Shown here piece after piece: positions 9,078-18,077 of a stretch of DNA of 64,000 bases; position 1 is the stretch's first letter; every line of letters starts with the position of its first letter. Position numbers and translations under genes: made by a program. The DNA lies in assembly GCA_963674705.1 (NCBI GenBank), contig OY771506.1, positions 224,001 through 288,000 of the forward strand, read 5' to 3'. The notes under the pieces were generated by a model that ran no database searches, was not told the origin of the DNA, and saw nothing but the letters and a program-made list of their open reading frames with translations. This stretch comes from Phycisphaeraceae bacterium (lineage in GTDB: Bacteria; Planctomycetota; Phycisphaerae; Phycisphaerales; Phycisphaeraceae).

Positions 9078-10109
9078 TCAATCACCAACAGGATGCGCAC
9101 AATCGCTTGCTTGCATAATGGGCCGACGCCGCACGATCAATCCCAACCCCAGCCCCAAACAAACCGCCGTCCCGGGTTCCGGCAACGTAGCCCCATCGGT
9201 CGACCTCAGCACCAGCGAGGTATCGACAAATGAAGTATTAATAACAAACTCGTTGCGATCATTGACAGAACTGGCATATTGACGGCCACGCTCGGTCGGG
9301 TCTGTATATAACTTATTCGTAAACCATACCGACAATTCATCGCTAGGTGTCCACACCCTGGAATCAATATTCGGGGTTTGATAACGAGGCGTAATGGGCA
9401 GCTCATATCCCCCCGGAAATACCGGGCAACTGTACCAATCTGAATAATCCCAATAGGTACCAGTCGGTGTAGGAGTCGTTGGGGTTTCAGGTTCCAACTC
9501 AGCCTCGGGCACTTCTTCAACCACTGCTGTCACGACCGGCGCGACACCCGCCTGGAGTACCACGTCAAATCGTTGCCCACCGGTTAATAGCGCCACCGCC
9601 CCCGTCGCGTCATCGCTGAGCGTAAGCCGGCCGATCGTGGTTGTGCCGATGTCGCTTTTGTCAATGTTGTACCACGACACATCCAAACGGTTTGTGTCAA
9701 AGGCAAACCCTGTACCGCCGAGGTCACCCGCACCGCCGATGATATTGCCGATGACAAAAGTGTCGACCCGCATCGCCGGATCGGGCCATGTCTGCCACAT
9801 ATTGACCGGGTCATTATCACTACCGTTCGCATATTGATAGATCGAGCCGGAATCCAGAGTCAAAAGCATGGCCGCCGAGGTCCAGTCACTGTCGGTCGTG
9901 ACTTGTAAGTCATACGTCACATAGCCGGTCAAAGCCGCGGCGTTGTCGACCGGCGACATCTCAAATACAACCGACGCGCGTGAGAATCCACAGGCACTGT
10001 GTAAAAGAAAAACCAGACAGAAAAACCGCATCCACCATGCGGAAAACGAAGACCGCATGATGCGTACAGAAAGTGCATCTGCTTCAGATACTGGCTCGTG
10101 TGTGAACAT
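9078..10109 (-). CDS. Secreted PEP-CTERM protein
   Basis: Signal-like MRFFCLVFLLHSACGFSRA, Pro/Thr/Glu linker, C-terminal LPEPGTAVCLGLGLGLIVRRR. The start may be 10109, 10058 or 10031; the ORF-track start (10361) overlaps htpX and its terminator. Confidence 0.8.
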   Translation of the reverse strand: MFTHEPVSEADALSVRIMRSSFSAWWMRFFCLVFLLHSACGFSRASVVFEMSPVDNAAALTGYVTYDLQVTTDSDWTSAAMLLTLDSGSIYQYANGSDNDPVNMWQTWPDPAMRVDTFVIGNIIGGAGDLGGTGFAFDTNRLDVSWYNIDKSDIGTTTIGRLTLSDDATGAVALLTGGQRFDVVLQAGVAPVVTAVVEEVPEAELEPETPTTPTPTGTYWDYSDWYSCPVFPGGYELPITPRYQTPNIDSRVWTPSDELSVWFTNKLYTDPTERGRQYASSVNDRNEFVINTSFVDTSLVLRSTDGATLPEPGTAVCLGLGLGLIVRRRPIMQASDCAHPVGD

Positions 10110-10276
10110 GCTACCCCCATTTTTTATCAAAGCATAGACTGTATACTGGCTAATCAATGTATAACAGCGACGGAGCAGATTCAAGATAATCTGTGCTGAG
10201 GCTGATAATTCAGAAATAAATTCACTTCGGCCCGGTCGCATTACACGTTCATGCAATGACACGTATGCGCCAAAAT

Positions 10277-10308
10277 AAAAAGCCCCGTCAATATCACGGC
10301 GACGGGGC
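10277..10308 (-). terminator. Intrinsic terminator downstream of htpX
   Basis: GCCCCGTC/GACGGGGC stem followed by TTTTT on the minus strand. Confidence 0.65.
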
Positions 10309-10347
10309 GGAGGGGAGAAAGAATCGCGGCCAGAGAGGCCGACGCTT

Positions 10348-11178
10348 TTACGCCAGTTCACGGAGCTTCGCGATGCGGTCGGCGGTCTTGGGGTGGGTTG
10401 AGAACAAACCGGCTAACCCGCCGGCCGACAGCGGCTGCACGATGAACATATGGTTCTGCGTCGGCATCTCATTTTGCATCGGCACACGCTTCGCTTGAGC
10501 TTCAAGTTTTTGTAACGCAGAAATCAGACCATAGGGAGAACCCGCAATCGCCGCACCGTCCGCATCGGCCACAAATTCCCGGCTGCGGCTGATCGCCATC
10601 TGGATAATCCCCGCTGCAATCGGCGCCAGGATCACAAACAGCAGCGCCGCCAACGGGTTCGAGTCCCGGCTATTTCCGCCGAACATGAACATCCAGCCCA
10701 GCATGCTGATCACACCCGCGATCGTCGCGGCTATCGTCGATGTCAGCGTGTCCCGGTTCTTCACGTGCGCCAGCTCGTGCGCCATCACGCCTTCAAGCTC
10801 ATCATAAGTAAGTAGTTGCAGCGCACCCTGTGTCACGGCCACGGCCGCGTTTTTAGGATTTCGGCCGGTCGCAAAGGCGTTGGGCGCGTTATGCGGGCAG
10901 ACATACACTCGCGGCATCGGCAGCCCCGCGTTCTGCGAAAGCTGTCTGACCATACGAATCAAGTCTGGGGCCGAACGCTCATCCACCTGCTGACCGCGCA
11001 TCGAGGCGATGGCGATCTTGTCGCTGTAGAAGTACGCAATAAAGTTCATGAGCCCGCCGAAGACAAAGGCGATCGCCAGCCCGCGCGGCCCACCGAAAAA
11101 ATGGCCCGCCATCAGGATCAGGCCGAACATCAGCCCCAGAAGAACGGCCGTCTTGGTGTTGTTGATGAATTTTGTCAT
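10348..11178 (-). CDS. htpX: Zinc metalloprotease HtpX (M48)
   Basis: PNAFATGRNP, AHELAH (HExxH), SRSREFVAD, FSTHP. Confidence 0.93.
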   Translation of the reverse strand: MTKFINNTKTAVLLGLMFGLILMAGHFFGGPRGLAIAFVFGGLMNFIAYFYSDKIAIASMRGQQVDERSAPDLIRMVRQLSQNAGLPMPRVYVCPHNAPNAFATGRNPKNAAVAVTQGALQLLTYDELEGVMAHELAHVKNRDTLTSTIAATIAGVISMLGWMFMFGGNSRDSNPLAALLFVILAPIAAGIIQMAISRSREFVADADGAAIAGSPYGLISALQKLEAQAKRVPMQNEMPTQNHMFIVQPLSAGGLAGLFSTHPKTADRIAKLRELA

Positions 11179-11349
11179 GGTTTGTCACTCCTGAATCAAA
11201 TCCCCGAAAACTCCTTTTCTGTGGTTGCTTTTTGGTCATTCCGCCCATTAATACGCAAGCCGTGTGCCCCGGTTCAGTGGGCGCATAAGCGTAGTCGGAC
11301 AAGATTGCAGAACCTTGTCATAAAACGCAAGTATTTATTATTTCGAGAC

Positions 11350-12213
11350 TTATGTCCCGCCAAACCCCAGCGGCAGCCCTGCCATCTTCCAGGCGGCGAC
11401 GGACATTAGCAGGATAAAGGCGATCCGGACCTGCCGAAGCGGCAGGCGGTGGGTGAGTCCGGCCCCGATCCGCGAGCCGACCCAGGCTGTGGGCGCAAGC
11501 AGCGCCGCGATCAGCAGGCTAACCTTCCAACTGATCGGGCTGGCCTCCGTGGCGTGCTGGGCGAGTGTCGCGTTCTTGTAGATCGCCCCGATGGTCGCGC
11601 TGATGCAGATGATGGCCGACGAATTCCCGATGCAGTTACGCAACGGCATCTTCATCCAGATCTGCTGAAGCGGTACCGCGATCGCCCCGCCACCGATCCC
11701 CAGCAGCCCCGCAATGGTGCCCATCACCGCCCCCACACCCAGCCCACGCACCGGCGTGATCGTGCGATTTTCAAGCTTGTCCGGATGAGACTTCGTCCGC
11801 AGCTTCCGGATATTCACCACGATCACGTACACCAGGAAAACCGCAAGCAACCGCCCCAGCCAGCGCCCGCCGTCCGCCCCTTCAAATACAGGCAGATTAC
11901 TGACCCACACACCGATCAGAATAAACACCAGCGCCGCCGGCAGCATCCACACAAGCGCATCACCCACCAGCGCCCCAGCTTTACGATGTCGCAACATCGC
12001 GGGGATCGCCACGACCACATTCACAACCATCGCCGAGGCTTGAAACAGATGCTGGTTCGGCACAGCCGACTTGCTCATCGAAAACAAGATCGCCAGCCCC
12101 GGGATCATCACCACGCTCCCCCCAACCCCCAGCATCCCCCCAAGCATCCCGGCAATTAACCCGAGCAACAGGATCAATACAAAGATAAGCGGGTCGTTGA
12201 AGAAACTGGCCAT
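11350..12213 (-). CDS. TauE/SafE (TSUP) family sulfite/sulfo-compound transporter
   Basis: Two internal repeats, GMLGGMLGVGGSVVMIP and GTIAGLLGIGGGAIAVP; highly hydrophobic. Confidence 0.88.
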   Translation of the reverse strand: MASFFNDPLIFVLILLLGLIAGMLGGMLGVGGSVVMIPGLAILFSMSKSAVPNQHLFQASAMVVNVVVAIPAMLRHRKAGALVGDALVWMLPAALVFILIGVWVSNLPVFEGADGGRWLGRLLAVFLVYVIVVNIRKLRTKSHPDKLENRTITPVRGLGVGAVMGTIAGLLGIGGGAIAVPLQQIWMKMPLRNCIGNSSAIICISATIGAIYKNATLAQHATEASPISWKVSLLIAALLAPTAWVGSRIGAGLTHRLPLRQVRIAFILLMSVAAWKMAGLPLGFGGT

Positions 12214-12239
12214 AGATAGATTCTACATAAAGATTCAAC

Positions 12240-12402
12240 CACAGAGGCACAGAGACACAGAGAAAACTATTTGGAACAGGGATGAATACGGATAAACACA
12301 GATGGAATGTAAGAAAAGGCTACTTCTCGAACCCTCTTGACTTATCCGTGTTCATCTGGGTTCATCCCTGCTCCTCCCCCTCTGTGTCTCTGTGCCTCTG
12401 TG
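12240..12402. repeat. Nested inverted-repeat cassette with no ORF inside
   Basis: Outer perfect 23-bp IR CACAGAGGCACAGAGACACAGAG (12240-12262 / 12380-12402; 8-mer period). Inner imperfect IR of 10-mer period, CAGGGATGAA... (12277-12305 / 12342-12370). Confidence 0.9.
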
Positions 12403-12403
12403 C

Positions 12404-13582
12404 TTAATCATCTCGATTCACCTTTGATTCGACATTTTCCAATCGTTCAGGTAACTCGCGGTCGACCAGTTCGTAACACATCTTCTCGTACTGATCCGTC
12501 ACCGCTTCCCATGAGTACACCCGTGCAGCGTGGGCGGCCGCTTTCTGTCGATACGTCTCCGCCTCATCGGGATCCTTCAGGATTGCATCGAGTATCTCGG
12601 TAAGCGATTCTGCCCCGCGATCACCCTCATAGTTCAGGCCGCTGCCGTCGACGGTCTGTAGGTTTACGGGCGTGTTATTGACGATGCAGCAGTTGCCCAT
12701 CGCCATCGCCTCGATCAGCGCCGGGTGCGTCCCGCCGACGCCGGTCGTGGCGACATAGGCATACGCATTGGAGCCCAACTCCCGATAGCCTTCACCGAAG
12801 ACATAACCGGTGAAGATGATGCGTTCATCACCGCCGGCCAGGTCGCGAAGCTGCTTCTGGTAGTCCTCCGCATACGGCGCGTCACCGACGATCACGCACT
12901 TCATATCCGTGTCGAGTTTTGCAAATGCTTCGACCAGGTGATGCGCATTGTTCTCCGGAACCAGCCGACCCACAAACAGGACATATCGCTTGGCTTCGAG
13001 GTTGTATTGCGCCAGTGTCTCGCCCGGTGGCAGCTTGTCGATATCCGAGCCGTACACGATGTAGGGCGGAGCCTTGCCGGTCGTGTCCTTGTAATACGCC
13101 TGCACCAGCGGGCTGTCCGTCAGATATAGGTCCGGCCCGTACTGTGCGTACCACTCAGCAAACTGGATGTACTTCTTCGCCAGGCTGTTCCACTTATCCC
13201 GTTTCCAGTCCAGGCCATCGACGTTCAGCGCCGTCTTCGTACCGATAAGCCGGGGGATCCACGTAACCGGGCTGTTGCCCGCGATGAAGTACAGCCCGAC
13301 ATCGTAATTCTGCTGCAGCGCGTGGATCGACGAAATAAAGCTGTGCACCAGCGTATCGAGGAATTTATTGCGGATCGTCGGCAGCTTGATCAGCCGCATG
13401 CCCAGGTATTCATCGCCGGGATACTTGATGTGATGCGATCGGCAATAGACCGTCACATCATGCCCGCGTTCGGCAAGCCGCTTCCCCAGTTGCTCGACGC
13501 ACGTCTCGAACCCGCTGTAACTGGCCGGGACGCCGCGTGTGCCCATCAGGGCGATCTTGAGATTGTTTACTTTATCTGCCAT
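12404..13582 (-). CDS. GT4 glycosyltransferase (DUF1972-like N-terminus)
   Basis: IALMGTRGVPASYSGFETCVE, NVDGLDWKRDKW, FVGRLVPENN, GGTHPALIEAMA. Start taken at ATG 13582. Confidence 0.9.
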   Translation of the reverse strand: MADKVNNLKIALMGTRGVPASYSGFETCVEQLGKRLAERGHDVTVYCRSHHIKYPGDEYLGMRLIKLPTIRNKFLDTLVHSFISSIHALQQNYDVGLYFIAGNSPVTWIPRLIGTKTALNVDGLDWKRDKWNSLAKKYIQFAEWYAQYGPDLYLTDSPLVQAYYKDTTGKAPPYIVYGSDIDKLPPGETLAQYNLEAKRYVLFVGRLVPENNAHHLVEAFAKLDTDMKCVIVGDAPYAEDYQKQLRDLAGGDERIIFTGYVFGEGYRELGSNAYAYVATTGVGGTHPALIEAMAMGNCCIVNNTPVNLQTVDGSGLNYEGDRGAESLTEILDAILKDPDEAETYRQKAAAHAARVYSWEAVTDQYEKMCYELVDRELPERLENVESKVNRDD

Positions 13583-13643
13583 GTAGGCGAGACAGTATAA
13601 GCATAATGCGCGCGTGTCGAACGCATGAAACAGAATCCCCACT

Positions 13644-13720
13644 CAACGCCGGTCCTGAGCGCAGCGAAGGGGCGGGTGGTTTTCGGGTATCGGGTATCGG
13701 GTATCGGGTATCGGGTATCG
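13644..13720 (+). repeat. Composite repeat element, copy 3: hairpin core CAACGCCGGTCCTGAGCGCAGCGAAGG (13644-13670), then (TCGGGTA)x5 (13683-13717)
   Basis: Same core and same heptamer as copies 1 and 2, on the same strand, but in the opposite order. Confidence 0.92.
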
Positions 13721-13740
13721 AATTGTATGACGATGTGCAG

Positions 13741-13777
13741 ATTCCATATTCCACATCGAACATTCCACATTGAACAT
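13741..13777 (+). repeat. Degenerate heptamer tract ATTCCAT ATTCCAC ATCGAAC ATTCCAC ATTGAAC
   Basis: Five 7-nt units read directly. Confidence 0.75.
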
Positions 13778-13814
13778 CCCCCCGCCGCTCTCTACGATGT
13801 CGACTTGCCAGCCC

Positions 13815-14741
13815 ATGCCCGACACCACACTGCCCAACCTGATCATCGCCGGCGTCAACAAGGCGGGAACCACCTCGCTCTACACCTACCTCGCGCAGCA
13901 TCCGCAGATCGGCGCCTCCGCCATCAAGGAAACCTGCCACTTCCTGCCCCTGCGCTACGGCGAACCCATGCCCAGCCTCGATAACTACCGCAGGCAATTC
14001 CAGCAGGTCACCGATAAACCCATCCGCTTCGAATCCACCCCCGGCTACTTCTACGGCGGCCAACCCCTGATCGACGGCCTGCGTGAAACCATGGGCGATG
14101 ACCTGCGCATCATCCTCATCTTCCGCGAACCAGTCAGCCGGTTGGTCTCGTTCTTCAACTTCAAAAAAAGCACACTCGAACTACCCGCCGACCTCACGCT
14201 CAGCGAGTACATCGAACGCTGTCAAACAATGACCGTAGCCGACCTGCGCAAACGCGACAACAATCCGTGGTTCGGCCTGGAAGGCGGCAAATATGCCGAC
14301 TACCTCCAACCATGGCTCGATGCTTTTCCGAATCGTCTCAAAATCTTTTTCATGGACGACCTGAATCACAATGCACGTAACGTGCTTCGAGATATCCTGT
14401 CCTTTGTCGAACTCGATCCGGCCACAGCCGATACCATCGAACTTTCGCGCGAAAATAAGGGGACGGATTACCGTTTCGCCGGCGCTCAAAAGGCAGCGCT
14501 TACCCTGAACCGCATGGGCGAAACATTCTGGCGTTCGCACCCGAAGATTAAACGTTCGCTCCGCCGGCTCTATTACACGCTGAACGGCAAGAAGTTCGAT
14601 AAGCTCGAGGACGACCAGACGCTGCAAGCCCTACAACGGTTCTATGAGCCTTACAGCGCTCGCTTCGCCCAGCAACTGATTGAAGCCGGCATCACCAACC
14701 TGCCCGGCTGGCTTCAAACGAAGGGGGAACCCGTCGCATGA
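13815..14741 (+). CDS. PAPS-dependent sulfotransferase 1
   Basis: 5'-PSB motif PNLIIAGVNKAGTTSL, KETCHFL, ESTPGY, 3'-PB motif FREPVSRLVS. Start 13815 or 13797. Confidence 0.9.
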   Translation: MPDTTLPNLIIAGVNKAGTTSLYTYLAQHPQIGASAIKETCHFLPLRYGEPMPSLDNYRRQFQQVTDKPIRFESTPGYFYGGQPLIDGLRETMGDDLRIILIFREPVSRLVSFFNFKKSTLELPADLTLSEYIERCQTMTVADLRKRDNNPWFGLEGGKYADYLQPWLDAFPNRLKIFFMDDLNHNARNVLRDILSFVELDPATADTIELSRENKGTDYRFAGAQKAALTLNRMGETFWRSHPKIKRSLRRLYYTLNGKKFDKLEDDQTLQALQRFYEPYSARFAQQLIEAGITNLPGWLQTKGEPVA

Positions 14742-15736
14742 TCGCGCAGCTCGATCCCGACTACATCCGCACCCGCCCGACCAAAGCGCTGTCGCGCATC
14801 ATTACCCATTTACTTCTGCAAGGCCGTCCACTGACCACCGCAGCCCGCTGGATGAACCCGCTGCTTCTCGCGCAGTACAACGCAGCCAAACACCTGCCGA
14901 TGCCCGAAATCGTTCACAAGCCCGTCTTCGTGCTCGGTACAGGACGCAGCGGTACCACCATCCTCGGCAAAGTCCTCGGCATGCACCGCGACCTGCTTTT
15001 CCTCAACGAACCCAAAGCCCTCTGGCACGCCGCCTGCCCTGTCGATGATGTCATGGGCAATTATCAGCTCGGTGATGCACGCTACACGCTCGACGCAGAA
15101 GATGCAGATGAACAAACCGCCCTCGCGATCCGACGGATCTACAGCTACGCGCTGACCATCACTAACTCAGGCCGCATCCTCGACAAGTACCCCGAGATGA
15201 TCTTCCGTGTCGACTTCATCAAGGCGATCTTCCCGGATGCCAAACTGCTGTTCCTGACACGCAACGGCTACGATGCGCTGCGCTCGATCACCAGGTGGTC
15301 GGAAAAATCAGGACGCGAAACCACGCAAGGCCTCGAAGACTGGTGGGGCCTGGACCGCCGCAAGTGGAACCTGCTCGTGCGCGACGTGGTTGCCCAGGAT
15401 GATGCGCTCGCCGACCGTGCCGAAGAAATAAAAAATATCACACGCCACGAGGACATGGCCGCAGTCGAATGGGTTGTGACGATGCGTAAAGGTTTACAGC
15501 TCAAAGAGCAGAACGCGGACAGCTTGCACTTTGTGCCATACGAAGCACTATGCAAAGACCCCGAAACCGTGCTGCGTGATGTTTGCGAATATTGTGAACT
15601 GCCGGAAGACAAAAAGTTCCTCGACTTTGCCAAGCGCACACTCTCTCCTGTCCCCGCCCGGGCCAAGACCGAACTCGATCCGCTGATCGAAAATGTCTTC
15701 CTCGACACGATGCAAAGACTGGCGTATCCAGAATAG
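14738..15736 (+). CDS. PAPS-dependent sulfotransferase 2
   Basis: PVFVLGTGRSGTTIL, LNEP, LDKYP, TRNGYDALRS, YEALCKDP; ATGA overlap with the upstream gene. Confidence 0.88.
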   Translation: MIAQLDPDYIRTRPTKALSRIITHLLLQGRPLTTAARWMNPLLLAQYNAAKHLPMPEIVHKPVFVLGTGRSGTTILGKVLGMHRDLLFLNEPKALWHAACPVDDVMGNYQLGDARYTLDAEDADEQTALAIRRIYSYALTITNSGRILDKYPEMIFRVDFIKAIFPDAKLLFLTRNGYDALRSITRWSEKSGRETTQGLEDWWGLDRRKWNLLVRDVVAQDDALADRAEEIKNITRHEDMAAVEWVVTMRKGLQLKEQNADSLHFVPYEALCKDPETVLRDVCEYCELPEDKKFLDFAKRTLSPVPARAKTELDPLIENVFLDTMQRLAYPE

Positions 15737-15847
15737 TAGCCACGAAAAGGCACAAAACTCACCAAATGTATGACGATTGAGTCGATGGGTATTGTGTCCA
15801 AATCAACTCCGGTCCAATTTTGTGGTTTTTGTGACTTTTCGTGGCTA
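15737..15847. repeat. Inverted-repeat cassette between convergent genes; may also act as a bidirectional terminator
   Basis: TAGCCACGAAAAGGCACAAAA at the left end versus the reverse complement of the right end, TAGCCACGAAAAGTCACAAAA (1 mismatch in 21); internal CAC-AAAA periodicity of about 9-10 nt. Confidence 0.85.
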
Positions 15848-15864
15848 AAAAAATGAATTGCCTA

Positions 15865-16875
15865 TCAACGAGCAAGGCGCCGGAATAAAGATTCACGCAG
15901 ATTTTTGATCCGCCGGATATTCAGCGCCAGCGCAAGTGCGCTCTTGAATAGCCACGTGATTCTGCTGAATAGCAGCGCCGCGATGGTTGAACGGATCTTT
16001 TCAGGTTCGTAGCTGTGACGACTCATGTGCTCGCTGCAGATGTGTTGGCAGATCGCGATCTCGGTTGATGTCAGCCCGCCGTCGCGCCACCGTCCTGCCG
16101 CTTTCGGGTCGAGCCCGCGCTCGGTCGGCCGATCCTGCTGATGCGAAGACCCAACTCTCGGCACATCAAGCATGTTCGCGTTAAACAGCAGCCCCGTCAC
16201 ATCGCAGATGCGCTTCAATTGCGGCTTTGGATCATTGAGTAAATCTTCAAACCGCAGCACACACACACGTCGATCATCCTTGAACCGGTCCCCCGCCGCG
16301 ACGCCGCTACGCCACAGTAAACTGATCGTGATAGGATGATATCCCGCCCATGTGCGTAATGCGTTCCGCCAGGGTGTGCCCCTCGCACCCAGCCGCCTTC
16401 GTTTCCACCGGTTTTTCTGCGACAGCAGCACATCCCGTGGATCGCGTACCATCACGACAAACCTTGCCTCGGGATATAGATCGAGCAACTCCTCGATGTA
16501 ATACAGATTGCGCGGCGTCTGATCGCAGACGATTGTTTTGTGATGCTGTCCGCATTCATATTCAAGAAACGCGGCGAAAACCCCCGGCGGTGTAATGGGC
16601 TCGGATATATCAGCAACAACCTGCTCCGCTTCTTCGCGGTACTGCTCGATATCAGCCTGCGTGTAGTATCCGTCTCGTTGGATGGTCAGGAGGCGGGCGA
16701 CCAGGCTGGTCGCGGCTGCGGTATCAATGGGCTGCGGCTGTTTTTCAGGTTGCCAGAGCTGTTCAAAAAAGTGCAGCTCGTTGAATGTGAATACATCGCC
16801 GTGCCCGCCCAATACTCTACCCATCATGGTCGTGCCGCTTCGGCTGTTGCCGACGACAAAAATCACGCGCTGCAT
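15865..16875 (-). CDS. PAPS-dependent sulfotransferase 3
   Basis: IFVVGNSRSGTTMM, ELHFF, DQTPRN, VRDPRDVLLS, RFEDLLNDP. Confidence 0.9.
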   Translation of the reverse strand: MQRVIFVVGNSRSGTTMMGRVLGGHGDVFTFNELHFFEQLWQPEKQPQPIDTAAATSLVARLLTIQRDGYYTQADIEQYREEAEQVVADISEPITPPGVFAAFLEYECGQHHKTIVCDQTPRNLYYIEELLDLYPEARFVVMVRDPRDVLLSQKNRWKRRRLGARGTPWRNALRTWAGYHPITISLLWRSGVAAGDRFKDDRRVCVLRFEDLLNDPKPQLKRICDVTGLLFNANMLDVPRVGSSHQQDRPTERGLDPKAAGRWRDGGLTSTEIAICQHICSEHMSRHSYEPEKIRSTIAALLFSRITWLFKSALALALNIRRIKNLRESLFRRLAR

Positions 16876-18077
16876 GACGCCCCCGCTTCCTCGTAGACTC
16901 GCACCAACTCGCGATAGTGCACATCCGGCGTAAACTTTTCCAGCAACTTCGCACGACCGGCACGCCCCATCGCGTCGGCTTTTTCAGGATCGTCCGCAAG
17001 CGTTCGCATCGCCTGCGCCAAACTATCAGCATCCGCTGGTTCAACAACCAGCCCATCGGCCTCATCAATCAACTCCGGCAGCGCGCCCATCCGCGTCACA
17101 ATCGCCGGCCTGTTTTGTGCGAACGACTCCAACACCGTCAGCCCGAACGGCTCGTACCACTCAGCGGGCAACACCGTCGCCAGACTGTCTCGGATCAACT
17201 CTTTTAAAGTGTCACCCTCTGTAAATCCAAGCAGCTGCACATTCGTGATGTTCTTTGTCTTGATGTACTCAGCCAGCGCCGCCTTGGCATCGCCCTCCCC
17301 AACAATCTTGACCTTCACATCCGGCAGCTTCGCCGCAGCATCCGCAAGCGTAAACACGCCCTTGATCCGCTCAATCCTGCCGAAGTATAGAAAATACCCA
17401 CCTTGCCCGGTTGAACCCTTCGGCTCATCGCCCGGCTCGACAAAGTTGTAGACGCGCACCAGCTTCGACTTCGGCACGCCGAACTCCGCCATCTTGCGCT
17501 TCTGAAAATCGCTGATCGCAATAAATCGGTCGATCAGGCGCTGGCTTCCCACAAGCCTCGACATGTACCACTCAAACGTTGCCAGGGAAGAGCGTGTTAA
17601 CGAACCACGGTTAAACCGCTGCATTGCTGCATGCCACGCCGACATCCCGCAACTCGATTCATCGATCTTATCGTTGTGCACAAGCGTGTAGTTCGGGCAG
17701 ATCTGCCGATACTCGTGCATCGTGTGTACAACGGGAATAGCTTCATCCTTCAGCACCGGCAGGATCGACGCCGTCAGTTTGCCGTAATAAATATGCAGAT
17801 GCGCCACGTCCGGCTTTTGCTCGCGGATCAACCGGCGGATCGCCTTCGCGGCAGGCCTCGAATACACATAACGCACGAGGTCGATCAGGTGAGGCTTTTC
17901 AAAGTCCGCCGCAACCGGGAAGTATTCCGCCCAGGGCGAATCAGCGTTCTCCTTGTGTTCGGCTACGAATGGGATCACCTCGTGCCCGTGGCGCTGCAGC
18001 AGCGCACACGTATCGAGGAACATCCGGTCCGAACCGCCGCGAACAAACAGGTTTTGCGAGACCTGCAGCACCTTCAT
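16863..18077 (-). CDS. GT4 glycosyltransferase
   Basis: GGSDR, HLHIYY, YFGRIERIKG, WYEPFGLTVLES (E-x7-E). Confidence 0.92.
   Translation of the reverse strand: MKVLQVSQNLFVRGGSDRMFLDTCALLQRHGHEVIPFVAEHKENADSPWAEYFPVAADFEKPHLIDLVRYVYSRPAAKAIRRLIREQKPDVAHLHIYYGKLTASILPVLKDEAIPVVHTMHEYRQICPNYTLVHNDKIDESSCGMSAWHAAMQRFNRGSLTRSSLATFEWYMSRLVGSQRLIDRFIAISDFQKRKMAEFGVPKSKLVRVYNFVEPGDEPKGSTGQGGYFLYFGRIERIKGVFTLADAAAKLPDVKVKIVGEGDAKAALAEYIKTKNITNVQLLGFTEGDTLKELIRDSLATVLPAEWYEPFGLTVLESFAQNRPAIVTRMGALPELIDEADGLVVEPADADSLAQAMRTLADDPEKADAMGRAGRAKLLEKFTPDVHYRELVRVYEEAGASCSA

Noticed and set aside
2016..13720. CRISPR array interpretation of the repeats
   Set aside because: Units are 7-nt tandem repeats without unique spacers, the cores are dispersed, and no cas genes are present.
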